The notes beneath the pieces are model-generated. The model saw only the letters and a program-made list of their open reading frames with translations. It had not been told where the DNA came from and searched no databases. Shown here one piece after another: positions 1 to 9,597 of a DNA stretch of 64,000 bases. The stretch's first letter is position 1, and each line of letters begins with the position of its first letter. Where the stretch lies: the NCBI GenBank assembly GCA_963759585.1, contig CAVWZW010000003.1:68547-132546 (forward strand), read 5' to 3'. The position numbers were made by a program, and so were the translations under genes. Origin of the DNA: Pyrinomonadaceae bacterium (GTDB lineage: Bacteria; Acidobacteriota; Blastocatellia; Pyrinomonadales; Pyrinomonadaceae).

Positions 1-1
1 G

Positions 2-529
2 TTTCAATCGCGTGGTTACTACATCTACCGGTTCTTTTCCGCCGTGGGCAAGATTCCGGTGTCGGAAGAGTTTTATCCAGACTTCGCGAAGGTCAGCGGG
101 TTCTTAACTGCCGATCAGTTGGAAGCGAATAAGGCAGCCTATGTTAATGAAGTGATGGCGCGAGCGGAATTTCAGACGAAGTACGCTTCAACGTTGAACA
201 ACCCGACGGCTTATGTTGATGCGTTGCTGCAGACGGTGGGACTACCGAATCACCCGGGTCGAGCTGGCTGGATTAACACGCTGAACGCCAATAACACCAC
301 GCAGACGCAAGGACAGGTGCTGAGGCAATTGGTAGAGAGCGGGGAAGTATTCAACAAGTATTTCAACGAAGCGTTTGTGATCATGCAGTATTTCGGTTAC
401 CTCCGCCGCACAGCGGATGCGTCGTATTTGAACTGGATTCAGACGATGAATCAGACCAATGGCGACTACCGGATCATGATCAATGGCTTCATGAACTCAG
501 CTGAATACCGGCGCCGCTTCGGACCCTGA
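2..529 (+). CDS. 3' part (5'-truncated by the window edge) of a secreted protein ending in the DUF4214-like C-terminal module
   Basis: The frame is open from base 2 (FQSRGYYIYRFFSAVGKIPVSEEF...) to the TGA at 527-529. It is colinear and almost identical to the C-termini of the ORFs ending at 4424, 8640 and 12072. Confidence 0.9.
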   Translation, partial: FQSRGYYIYRFFSAVGKIPVSEEFYPDFAKVSGFLTADQLEANKAAYVNEVMARAEFQTKYASTLNNPTAYVDALLQTVGLPNHPGRAGWINTLNANNTTQTQGQVLRQLVESGEVFNKYFNEAFVIMQYFGYLRRTADASYLNWIQTMNQTNGDYRIMINGFMNSAEYRRRFGP

Positions 530-554
530 TGTTCATAGCCTCAGGCGCTGGGAC

Positions 555-722
555 GCCTCCTTGGAGTGCGGTGCCTTGTCACCGCTTTGGCCCGCGGCGG
601 CTTGGCGCCGCTTCCTTTCGGTAGGGTGTGATGAAATCTCTGGGACATGCAGGCGCCGCGACAGCGTGGCGCCAAGCCGCCACGGGCCAAAGCGCCGACA
701 AGGCGGCGCACTCCAAGGAGGC
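555..722. repeat. Family-A long palindromic intergenic element, copy 1
   Basis: Left arm gcctccttggagtgcggtgccttgtcaccgctttggcccgcggcggcttggcgcc (555-609). It pairs as an imperfect reverse complement with ggcgccaagccgccacgggccaaagcgccgacaaggcggcgcactccaaggaggc (668-722). Related copies lie at 4447, 8662, 12098 and 57494. Confidence 0.9.
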
Positions 723-773
723 GCCCAAGGATTCGAGCTCGAGTTCCCTCGCGATTTACAAGGAGTAGATAAG

Positions 774-3700
774 GTGTTTCGATTCCCCCGCGGCTTAAAG
801 TCGCGCCGTGCGCAAGTTGAGATGAAGCTCGGATTACTAGCATTATTTATCCTGTTCTTTTCTCCGGCGATTCAAGCCCAATCTGTTCGAGGCTTTAAAG
901 CTCCGGAAAAGCCAGCCAAGTCCGAGTTGCCAATTCAGTTGAGGGCCGCCCGCGGCCAAGCGCCTTTGCGCAAGTTGCATGACCACCTCAAGGCCGACTG
1001 GTCACACCTGAAGCGTCTACCGTCATTCATCCCAAGCGAACGCACGGACCAGCGGTCAAATAAACGGGTGCAACTCGGAGTGGTGAGGTCTTTCGCGAAG
1101 CCCCTACATCCTTCCATCGATAGTCGCCTCTATCAGCTTGCCGAGGGGGAGGTGCGCGTTTCGGGAATAGTCTCTGAAGGAGCGCTTTACACTCGCGTCC
1201 ACTTCACCAGTATGTCGCTGCCGGCGGGGGCCCGTGTATTTGTCTATTCATTAAAGAATCCGGACGAGTTTTATGGTCCATATGAAGGAAGAGGACCTTC
1301 CGAGGATGGCACATTCTGGACTCCTCCGGTTTCAGGGGATGCTGTTGCGATTGAATACTTCAGTCCGTATGGACGTGCGGAAACTGCGGGCGCACCGTTT
1401 ATCGTGTCAGAGATAAGCCACGTCTATCGCGATCCATTAAAGGCTACGACAGATGATGAAGCTGGGTCCTGCAATCTTGAGGTAACCAGCGACTGGACCG
1501 AGGTGGCGAAGTCTGTCGGCTTTCTCGAGTTTGTTGACAACGGTTCGGAGTACGCTTGCACTGGGACACTGCTAAACACCCAGGCCAACGATCAAACGCC
1601 GTATCTGCTTACTGCCAACCACTGCTTCAGCAGCCAGTCGGCCGCGCAATCTTTGCGCGTCTATTGGAACTACAACACTGGCGAGACGCCACCGGGAGGT
1701 ACTCCATTTACCGACGGCGCCAATCTCCTCGCCACAGCAACTTCAAGTGACTTCACTTTTGTGCGCTTGACTGGCTCTCTACCGGGTGGACTCTTTTTCT
1801 CCGGCTGGGACGCCACGACGACCAGTTTGAATACTCCGGTAACAGGCATCCATCATCCTGAGGGGTCACACAAACGAATCGCTTTTGGCGCCACTAACTC
1901 AACTTGTAACGTCGTTCTACCGGGGCCATGCTCTAACTTTACTCATGTTGCCTGGAACGCTGGTACGACTGAGGGAGGTTCATCCGGCTCAGGACTGTGG
2001 AAGGGAAGTCCTTCAAATCCTTTGTTGGTTGGATCGCTCACGGGTGGGGAGGCTTCATGCAGCAACCGGTTCGGAATTGATCACTACGGAAGCTTCAGCG
2101 CAACCTATCCAGGCATCGCTTCGTTTTTGGCTGGGAGCGGAGCCGATCTATCACTTATCAAGAGCACAGCTTTCGACCTCATCTCACCCGGAGCCCAAAT
2201 CGTCTACCTCCTGACTGTGACAAATCATTCAGCCTCGGTCGCCAGTGCGATTACGGTTACTGATAATCTTCCTTCTGAAGTTAGTTATGTTTCGTGTACT
2301 GCCGCAGGCGGCACATGCGGCGGCTCTGGAAACAATCGGACCGTACATTTTCCTTCGTTGGCTGCCGGAGCTTCTGCCACTGCGGTGATCGTTGCGACTG
2401 TTAATGCTTCGGTGTCCAACGCCACGGTGATTACTAACTCGGCAAGTGTGGTCGCTTCCACCTCTGATCCAAACCACGCTAACAACGGCGCCACGGCACT
2501 GGCGACGGTTCAATCTTCTCCTTTCGCGGCGAAATCGAATGGCAAAATTGCCTACGGCTCCGATCACGCCGGCACGACTGGCCCAAGCGGCTTTTACACA
2601 ATTAATCCAAACGGCACTAACGATTCAATCCTCTTCACGCTCGAGCCTTTTGGGTCGGCGCCCGCATGGTCACCTGATGGCTCGAAGATAGCGTACGGTA
2701 AAAGGAATGCCGGAATGTTTGACGCGGAGATCCATGTTGCCAATGCTGATGGAACCGGTTCACTGAAGATTGCAGGCAACGTCTTTAATCAGAATAGCCG
2801 GATCGCCTGGTCGCCAAACGGCGCGAAGGTCGCCTTCATTGGAACGGGCAATGGGATTTATATCGTCAACGCAAACGGCACCGGATTATCGCGACTACCA
2901 AATACACCTACATCGGTTAATGACCTGGCGTGGTCTCCCGATGGCTCAAAGATCGCCTACACGAGCGGTGCTGATGTCTTTGTCATGGGCATCGACGGCA
3001 GCAATCAGACCAATCTCACCCAGTTACGTCCTAAGATTCAGCTGGAGCAGGCGCTAAGTCGCTTTCCACGCTGGTCACCAGATGGGACGAAACTAATATT
3101 CGGCGCCGAGTCAAACAACTACAAAAATGTCTACATCATGAACGCGGACGGCTCGGCCCTCGCGCCCCTGGTTACCATGCACCAATCGATGCAGCCTGCC
3201 TGGTCACCTGATGGCGCCAGAATTACGTTTGTGGCACTTAACGGTTTGTATGTGGCGAATTCGGATGGAACGGGGGCGACTGCGCTTCCGAGCGGCGGAA
3301 TTTATAACTTCAAACCTGATTGGCAGCCGTTGGCGGTTAGTTCCCAAACGGTTCAGTTCAGCGCCGGTAATCAGGCCGTTTCCGAAGGTGCTGGACACGC
3401 GCAGATCCTGGTCACGCGAAGCGATCCGACCAATGCGGCTACGGTTGATTATGCAACCACGGACAATGCTGCGCTAACCGAATGCAATTTTGTGGATGGT
3501 TTGGGTTCCTCGCGTTGTGATTACGCTACCACCATTGGCACTTTGCGTTTCGCTGCCGGAGAGTCTTCGAAGACTATCTTCATCCCCGTGGTTGACGATG
3601 TTTACACCGAAGGCACTGAAACTTTTTCAATTACCCTCAGCAACGCAAGTGGATTAACTCTCGGTTCGCCCGCCTCAGTCCTAATCACGATTCAGGATAA

Positions 3701-4424
3701 TGACACGAGTAGCGGAGCAAACCCGATTGATGCGACAGACTTCTTCATTCGCCAACAGTACATCGACTTTCTTGGCCGCGAGCCTGACCCCGCGGGTTTG
3801 GCCGGCTGGCGCAACGTGATGAATAACTGCGGCATGACCGTAGCTCCTCCGTGTGATCGTATTGAAGTGTCGGCGGGCTTCTTCCGCAGTGAGGAGTTTC
3901 AGTCGCGCGGTTATTTCATCTATCGCTTCTTTTCTGCCCTCGGCAAGATTCCCGTGTCCGGGGAGTTCTATCCGGACTTCGCAAAGGTGAGCGGGTTTCT
4001 AACCTCTGAACAGTTGGAAGCGAACAAGGCTGCTTATGTGAATGAAGTCATGGCGCGTGCCGACTTCCAGACGAAGTACAGCGCTACGTTCGGCAACCCA
4101 ACAGCTTATGTAGACGCTCTGCTACAGACCGTAGGATTGCCGACTCATCCCGGCCGTGCGGGCTGGATCAGCACATTGAATAGTAATAACAACACGCAGA
4201 CGCGAGGGCAGGTGTTGAGGCAGCTGGTGGAGAGCGGCGAAGTCTTCAACAAATATTTCAACGAAGCCTTTGTAATCATGCAATACTTTGGTTATCTGCG
4301 CCGCACCGCGGATGCGTCGTATCTGAACTGGATACAGACGATGAATCAGACAAACGGCGACTACCGGACCATGATTAATGGTTTCATTAATTCGGCTGAG
4401 TATCGTCGCCGCTTTGGACCATAA
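774..4424 (+). CDS. Secreted multidomain protein: trypsin-like (S1) serine protease + DUF11-like repeat + PD40/TolB-type propeller repeats + Calx-beta + triple DUF4214-like module
   Basis: Protease motifs LLTANHC and GGSSGSGLW. Repeated AWSPDGSKIAY-type PD40 motifs. Calx-beta-like VQFSAGNQAVSEGAG...TIQDND. C-terminal DFFIRQQYIDFLGREPDPAGLAGW... The hydrophobic signal peptide is MKLGLLALFILFFSPAIQAQ. GTG at 774 has AAGGAG 8 nt upstream; ATG at 822 is an alternative start. The ORF-track start at 561 lies inside the repeat and is unlikely. Confidence 0.85.
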   Translation: MFRFPRGLKSRRAQVEMKLGLLALFILFFSPAIQAQSVRGFKAPEKPAKSELPIQLRAARGQAPLRKLHDHLKADWSHLKRLPSFIPSERTDQRSNKRVQLGVVRSFAKPLHPSIDSRLYQLAEGEVRVSGIVSEGALYTRVHFTSMSLPAGARVFVYSLKNPDEFYGPYEGRGPSEDGTFWTPPVSGDAVAIEYFSPYGRAETAGAPFIVSEISHVYRDPLKATTDDEAGSCNLEVTSDWTEVAKSVGFLEFVDNGSEYACTGTLLNTQANDQTPYLLTANHCFSSQSAAQSLRVYWNYNTGETPPGGTPFTDGANLLATATSSDFTFVRLTGSLPGGLFFSGWDATTTSLNTPVTGIHHPEGSHKRIAFGATNSTCNVVLPGPCSNFTHVAWNAGTTEGGSSGSGLWKGSPSNPLLVGSLTGGEASCSNRFGIDHYGSFSATYPGIASFLAGSGADLSLIKSTAFDLISPGAQIVYLLTVTNHSASVASAITVTDNLPSEVSYVSCTAAGGTCGGSGNNRTVHFPSLAAGASATAVIVATVNASVSNATVITNSASVVASTSDPNHANNGATALATVQSSPFAAKSNGKIAYGSDHAGTTGPSGFYTINPNGTNDSILFTLEPFGSAPAWSPDGSKIAYGKRNAGMFDAEIHVANADGTGSLKIAGNVFNQNSRIAWSPNGAKVAFIGTGNGIYIVNANGTGLSRLPNTPTSVNDLAWSPDGSKIAYTSGADVFVMGIDGSNQTNLTQLRPKIQLEQALSRFPRWSPDGTKLIFGAESNNYKNVYIMNADGSALAPLVTMHQSMQPAWSPDGARITFVALNGLYVANSDGTGATALPSGGIYNFKPDWQPLAVSSQTVQFSAGNQAVSEGAGHAQILVTRSDPTNAATVDYATTDNAALTECNFVDGLGSSRCDYATTIGTLRFAAGESSKTIFIPVVDDVYTEGTETFSITLSNASGLTLGSPASVLITIQDNDTSSGANPIDATDFFIRQQYIDFLGREPDPAGLAGWRNVMNNCGMTVAPPCDRIEVSAGFFRSEEFQSRGYFIYRFFSALGKIPVSGEFYPDFAKVSGFLTSEQLEANKAAYVNEVMARADFQTKYSATFGNPTAYVDALLQTVGLPTHPGRAGWISTLNSNNNTQTRGQVLRQLVESGEVFNKYFNEAFVIMQYFGYLRRTADASYLNWIQTMNQTNGDYRTMINGFINSAEYRRRFGP

Positions 4425-4446
4425 AGGAAACAGCCTCTTGGGCGGG

Positions 4447-4634
4447 GCGCCTCCTTGGAGTGGGCGCCTCCTTGGAGTGCGGTGCCTTGTCACCGCTTTG
4501 GCCCGCGGCGGCTTGGCGCCGCCTTCTTCTAGTCAGGGGCAAGGTGGATTAGTGGGACGTGCAGGCACCGGCAAGGCTGCGACAGGTCGCAGCAGGCCAA
4601 AGCGGTGACAAGGCACCGCACTCCAAGGAGGCGC
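4447..4634. repeat. Family-A palindromic element, copy 2
   Basis: gcgcctccttggagtgcggtgccttgtcaccgctttggcc is a perfect reverse complement of ggccaaagcggtgacaaggcaccgcactccaaggaggcgc (4595-4634). The left end carries a tandem duplication of gcgcctccttggagtg. There is an inner small hairpin, ctgcgacaggtcgcag. Confidence 0.9.
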
Positions 4635-4743
4635 CCTGTCGACGGTCGTCTTCGCTAACGACGCAAGCTAAGGCTAACGGAGCACTACCTAAAGCCTGTA
4701 CGCCTGTACTGAATGCCGCGAATTGTGATAAAGGAATCCCTCG

Positions 4744-7700
4744 TTGAAAGTTACACGCAGCTACTTATCCGCAATCATTAATCCTCACGCAATTACTCGC
4801 TCGTTACTCGTCTTGTTAGCGGTCGTAATCTGCGCCGGATACCTATTGGCCAGCCCGCAGACGTCATCAAAGAAATCGAAACCCGGGTCTCGTCGCGCCA
4901 TAACTCAGCGTCAAAAAAAGATGCCCGCTACCAGTGCGCTGAAGAACTCGAACAACAAGGCGAGCAAGGAGCCGGCCAGAGGTCAGGCCGATAATCCTGA
5001 TGGCAGGTTGAATTGGTTTTTGTATCAACGCGCGTATCCCTTTAACGAAGTGCCGGCCAACGCGCGCAGGCTTGCCTGGGAATCGATTCCACGACGAAGT
5101 AAGTTTGGAGCCGATCTCTTGAGCGGCGAAGCCCTCAACAGTGTTTGGTCGCCCATTGGCCCACTGCCGACCACGTCAGCATTTCCCAACAACGGCGGGC
5201 CCACCTCGGGACGAATAAACGCGATTGCTGTGTCGCCTCTCGATCCGCAGATCGTCTTGATTGGATCTGCGACTGGCGGTATCTGGCGATCCAGCAACGG
5301 TGGAACCACGTTCGTTCCTGTTACTGACACACATGTTGATCTGGCGGTCGGGAGTATTGCTTTCGCGACTGCAAATCCGGCGATTGTCTATGCGGGAATG
5401 GGCGATAACGACCAGGGTTATTTTGGCTCCGGTGTGCTGCGTTCGATGGATGCCGGACTGACCTGGACCAGGATCAATAACACGACCTTGCCAGAGAAAG
5501 GCCAGTCAACAAAGATCCTGGTTGATCCCACAAACCCGAACAAGGTCTATCTGGCACAGTTTAATTATCTGGATGCGGTGAACAATATAAGTTTCGTGAA
5601 CGGAATCTACGTTTCGAATGATGGGGGAGTTAATTGGACGAGGACTCTAAACTGTTCAGTTCGCGACCTTGCCATTCATCCCACTAATCCCGCGATCCTC
5701 TACGCTGGGGTCTCGTTTCGACCTGGTGGGGTTCCAGGTCTCTACAAATCCATCGATGGCGGCCAGACCTGGAACAACATTTTAGCTTCGCCTTATGTGA
5801 GCTCATCGACAGCCACCCGCGACTTCCGTGTTGCTGTCACACCAGCCAATCCAAATCGCGTCTACGTCTATTTTGGCACTCGCACCACAAATCCCTTTGA
5901 AGTGCGACTTGAAATGAGTGACGACGCTGGAGCCACCTGGACCAACCGAGGTGTGATTGGAAACACCAGCCTCGATGTCGGCCAGTTCGGCTATAACACT
6001 TACCTGGCGGCAAGCTCGATCAATGCCGACACTATTTACGTTGGAACCCGCGATCTCTTCAGAAGCACTGACGGCGGCGTTACCTTCACCAATCTTTCAA
6101 CCTCCTTTGCGCCAAACGGAAACTACCAGCCTTTCTCTCAAAAGTTTCACGCGGATCAGCAGTCGTTTGCTTTCGATCCCGAGAGCAGTAGCACTTTCTA
6201 TGCAGGCAACGACGGAGGGCTATGGAAGACAACTGACAATGGTGTCTCCTTCACGTCGTTAAACAACACACTTTCTCTTACTCAGTTCGTAAGTATGGGC
6301 GTGCACCCAACTGACGCTGCCCGGTCCTTTGGCGGTACCCAGGACAACGGCACGCAGATGCGTCTGGCGGGAGGTAGCGGGTGGCGAGAGTTTAGTTCGG
6401 GCGACGGCGGCCGATTAGTAATCAATCCACTCAATCCTGAGATGGTGTTTACGAGTTATGTGAACGGCGTCATGAATCGCTATACGGCAAACGGACTTTC
6501 GTTTAGCGGGAAGATTTCCGACGCAGACAGTTTCGCAGAGCCATCATCCGGACCTCGAATAGCTTTTTACCCGCCAATCGTTAGCAATGGTGTAGACAGT
6601 AAAATTTATCTCGGCACATGGCGGCTGTTCATTTGTTCTGACTGTAACGACACAACCAGGCGATACAACACAGCGAACCTGCCCACCTGGACCGCACCCG
6701 GAGGCCTCACCGATCTAACGAATGGTGGGTCCGATGTTCTGAGCGCAATCGGCGTGGCGAAGAGTAACAACAACATCATCTACACGGGCTCGCGAGCCGG
6801 CCGGGCCATGGTGAGTGTGAACGGCGGAGTGGACTGGGCGAACATTACTAGTGGACTGCCTGCCAGATCGATAACGAGTATCACAGTAAGTCCAGCGGAT
6901 CCGTCCCTCGTTTACCTGACCGTGTCAGGTTATGGCACTGGTCACATTTTCCGATCCGTTAACGGCGGAGGGTCGTGGACAAACATCAGCACCACGTTGC
7001 CGAATATTCCTGTCAGCGCATTCCTGATCGATCCTCTGACGGCCACGACGTTTTATGCCGGCACCGATATAGGTGTGTTTCGGTCGACAGATAGCGGTGA
7101 AACGTGGACCGCCTTCAATGATGGTCTTCCCCCAGTGCCGGTGATGGCGCTCTCAGCCCAGGCATCAGGTTTGATTCAAATCGGAACCTACGGCAGGGGC
7201 GCATACCAGTTCTCTGCGAGCTCGACTCCATCACCAACACCCACGCCGACACCAACGCCAACACCGGGGCCGACGCCGACACAGTATTTTATCTCCGGCA
7301 CGGTGAAGGATAACGCTAACAATCCGGTGAGTGGCGTCTTAATAACATTCGAGATGAACGTGCAGGGAACAATTTTCTCTGCGATGACACAAACGGACGC
7401 GAGCGGAAACTACACGTCTGGAAATCTGGGGTGCCCTAACAACGTCAAGGTCACCCCGTCAAAGACCGGATTCACGTTTACTCCACCGGGCATCGTTCTC
7501 GTAAGTTCACAGTGTTTGACCGGCACCGGCACGGCCAACTTCACCGCCACCGCCACGCCGAGTGGAACTCAGTTTAGCGCCAGCAGCTTTGTGAGTGGAG
7601 AAAACAGCGGAAGCGTGCAGGCGACAGTCAGTCGAGGAGACACGGCAGGGGTAGCCACAGTTGAATACGTCACCAGCGATAATGCCGCGCTGAATGAATG

Positions 7701-8640
7701 TAATGTAATGAATGGAATGGGGTCGTCGCGTTGCGACTACGCCACGACGATAGGGACGCTTCGTTTTGCCATCGGAGAGAGTTCCAAGACAATCTTTATC
7801 CCCGTGGTCGATGATGCCTACGCCGAAGGCAATGAGGCGTTTACGATCACCCTGAGAAATCCTTCCGGAACAACCCTTGGAACGCAGGCCTCAGCCACCA
7901 TTACCATCCAGGACAACGACACAAACACAGGAGCCAACCCGATCGATGGCGTCGATTTCTTCATTCGCCAACAGTACATCGACTTTCTGGGTCGTGAACC
8001 CGACCCGGTAGGGTTGGCCGGTTGGCGCAATGTGTTGAACAACTGCGGCACAAGCGTCCCGCCGCCATGTGATCGTATCGAGGTCTCCGCAGGCTTCTTC
8101 CGGAGTGATGAGTTTCAGTCGCGCGGTTATTTTATCTATCGCTTCTTTTCAGCGTTGGGCAGAATTCCGGTATCGGGAGAGTTCTTCCCTGACTTTGCCA
8201 AGGTGAGCGGGTTTTTGACTGCTGAACAGTTGGAAGCGAATAAAGCAGCCTATGTTAATGAAGTCATGGCGCGGGCAGACTTTCAAACAAAGTACAGCTC
8301 GACCTTCAGTAATTCCACGGCTTACGTTGACGCGTTACTCCAGACTGTTGGCCTATCGAATCATCCTGGTCGTGCCGGGTGGATCAACTCGCTGAATGCC
8401 AACAACAACACGCAGACTCGCGGACAGGTGTTGAGGCAACTGGTGGAGAGCGGGGAAGTCTTTAACAAATACTTCAACGAAGCGTTTGTGATCATGCAGT
8501 ACTTTGGCTATTTGAGGCGCACAGCAGACGCCTCGTATCTAAACTGGATCCAGACTATGACTCAGACGAACGGCGATTACCGGATTATGATTAACGGCTT
8601 CATGAACTCGTCTGAGTACCGCCGCCGCTTCGGCCCGTAA
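4744..8640 (+). CDS. Secreted BNR/Asp-box (sortilin/Ycf48-like) beta-propeller protein + Pro/Thr linker + carboxypeptidase-regulatory-like domain + Calx-beta + triple DUF4214-like module
   Basis: About ten SxDxGxTW-type motifs (SMDAGLTWTR, SNDGGVNWTR, SIDGGQTWNN, SDDAGATWTN, STDSGETWTA...). Linker TPSPTPTPTPTPTPGPTPT. ISGTVKDNANNPVSGV. The C-terminal module matches its neighbours. TTG start at 4744 with AAGGAA 7 nt upstream, and an N-terminal TM/signal segment LLVLLAVVICAGYLLA. Confidence 0.85.
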   Translation: MKVTRSYLSAIINPHAITRSLLVLLAVVICAGYLLASPQTSSKKSKPGSRRAITQRQKKMPATSALKNSNNKASKEPARGQADNPDGRLNWFLYQRAYPFNEVPANARRLAWESIPRRSKFGADLLSGEALNSVWSPIGPLPTTSAFPNNGGPTSGRINAIAVSPLDPQIVLIGSATGGIWRSSNGGTTFVPVTDTHVDLAVGSIAFATANPAIVYAGMGDNDQGYFGSGVLRSMDAGLTWTRINNTTLPEKGQSTKILVDPTNPNKVYLAQFNYLDAVNNISFVNGIYVSNDGGVNWTRTLNCSVRDLAIHPTNPAILYAGVSFRPGGVPGLYKSIDGGQTWNNILASPYVSSSTATRDFRVAVTPANPNRVYVYFGTRTTNPFEVRLEMSDDAGATWTNRGVIGNTSLDVGQFGYNTYLAASSINADTIYVGTRDLFRSTDGGVTFTNLSTSFAPNGNYQPFSQKFHADQQSFAFDPESSSTFYAGNDGGLWKTTDNGVSFTSLNNTLSLTQFVSMGVHPTDAARSFGGTQDNGTQMRLAGGSGWREFSSGDGGRLVINPLNPEMVFTSYVNGVMNRYTANGLSFSGKISDADSFAEPSSGPRIAFYPPIVSNGVDSKIYLGTWRLFICSDCNDTTRRYNTANLPTWTAPGGLTDLTNGGSDVLSAIGVAKSNNNIIYTGSRAGRAMVSVNGGVDWANITSGLPARSITSITVSPADPSLVYLTVSGYGTGHIFRSVNGGGSWTNISTTLPNIPVSAFLIDPLTATTFYAGTDIGVFRSTDSGETWTAFNDGLPPVPVMALSAQASGLIQIGTYGRGAYQFSASSTPSPTPTPTPTPTPGPTPTQYFISGTVKDNANNPVSGVLITFEMNVQGTIFSAMTQTDASGNYTSGNLGCPNNVKVTPSKTGFTFTPPGIVLVSSQCLTGTGTANFTATATPSGTQFSASSFVSGENSGSVQATVSRGDTAGVATVEYVTSDNAALNECNVMNGMGSSRCDYATTIGTLRFAIGESSKTIFIPVVDDAYAEGNEAFTITLRNPSGTTLGTQASATITIQDNDTNTGANPIDGVDFFIRQQYIDFLGREPDPVGLAGWRNVLNNCGTSVPPPCDRIEVSAGFFRSDEFQSRGYFIYRFFSALGRIPVSGEFFPDFAKVSGFLTAEQLEANKAAYVNEVMARADFQTKYSSTFSNSTAYVDALLQTVGLSNHPGRAGWINSLNANNNTQTRGQVLRQLVESGEVFNKYFNEAFVIMQYFGYLRRTADASYLNWIQTMTQTNGDYRIMINGFMNSSEYRRRFGP

Positions 8641-8661
8641 CTAACTACGGGGCTTGCACGC

Positions 8662-8838
8662 CCCTTGGAGTGCGGTGCCTCCTTGGAGTGCGGTGCCTTG
8701 TCACCGCTTTGGCCTGCTGCGACCTGTGGCAGCTTTAGGGGGTTGACTAACTTCTCAGGTAAAGAAGCGGCGCCAGGCCGCCGCGAACCAAAGCGCCGAC
8801 AAGGCGGCGCACTCCAAGGAGGGCTCCAAGGAGGCGCC
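8662..8838. repeat. Family-A palindromic element, copy 3
   Basis: Left arm ccttggagtgcggtgccttgtcaccgctttggcc, right arm accaaagcgccgacaaggcggcgcactccaaggag. Both ends carry a short tandem duplication of the ccttggag / ctccaagg core. Confidence 0.85.
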
Positions 8839-9043
8839 TCCAATGTGGCGCTTTCAGGTGAGTCTCCAGGGTGCCGAATTTTGTTACTGCCCCTGCACTT
8901 TTTTCGCGTCTAAACCTCAGGTTTACGGGCAACGATTTCGCCCCTTTTTACCACTAATAATGCTGCTATTCACCCGACTCACCCGGCAATCCTGCTGATT
9001 GGATTAACGTCTAATCTCAGAAGATATAAGAAGGAGAAACATT

Positions 9044-9574
9044 GTGAGAAGACTGCGCTCTACAATTCGATACGCCAGCAAAAAACTACGCCGCCAGACG
9101 GTGTTAACCGCTTTGGTGGCTACTGTGATTCTCGCCGCAGGGGCGATGACGGTGCTTTCACGACAAAGTGCGGGGACGAGAGAGGAGTCGCGGATGGCTG
9201 ATAAAACCACAGTTGTGAATTCGAAAATGGCGCATCAGGACGCTCATCTCACGGATGACTCTGGGCGCCAGGAGCTAACGGCCGAAGACGCGCAGAAACT
9301 GGGAGCAGGCCTCAAAGAATTAGTTAATCAGTCGACCGAAGGCCTGGTCGAGACTAAGCACGCCGATGGAAGTGTATCGGTCGATCTGGATGGCCGCTTC
9401 CAAAATGTGACGGTTGCCCGAATCAACAAGGACGGAAGCCTTGAGCAATCGTGTGTCGATAATCCACAGGCGGCAGGCGCGTTCTTCGGTATCGATCCAA
9501 AACTGATCGATAACACCGCGGAAAGTGGCAGTACAAAACGACCGAAGGTTAATCCGGCTAAAACAAGGAATTAA
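9044..9574 (+). CDS. Hypothetical small secreted or membrane-anchored protein
   Basis: GTG start with AAGGAGA 6 nt upstream. N-terminal basic region plus hydrophobic segment TVLTALVATVILAAGAMTVL. I recognise no family. It ends 23 nt before the metalloprotease gene. Confidence 0.6.
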   Translation: MRRLRSTIRYASKKLRRQTVLTALVATVILAAGAMTVLSRQSAGTREESRMADKTTVVNSKMAHQDAHLTDDSGRQELTAEDAQKLGAGLKELVNQSTEGLVETKHADGSVSVDLDGRFQNVTVARINKDGSLEQSCVDNPQAAGAFFGIDPKLIDNTAESGSTKRPKVNPAKTRN

Positions 9575-9597
9575 GGGGCGAAAAGCGACTACTAATA

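Noticed and set aside
541-843. ORF-track peptides read from family-A repeats (MECGALSPLWPAAAWRRF..., ...PKRRQGGALQGG...). They recur at 4378-4608, 8577-8932, 12084-12339 and 57393-57752, and include the 561-773 extension of the first large gene.
   Set aside because: They arise on both strands purely from the palindromic arms. They have no RBS, and they vary by indels between copies. They are repeat artefacts, not genes.
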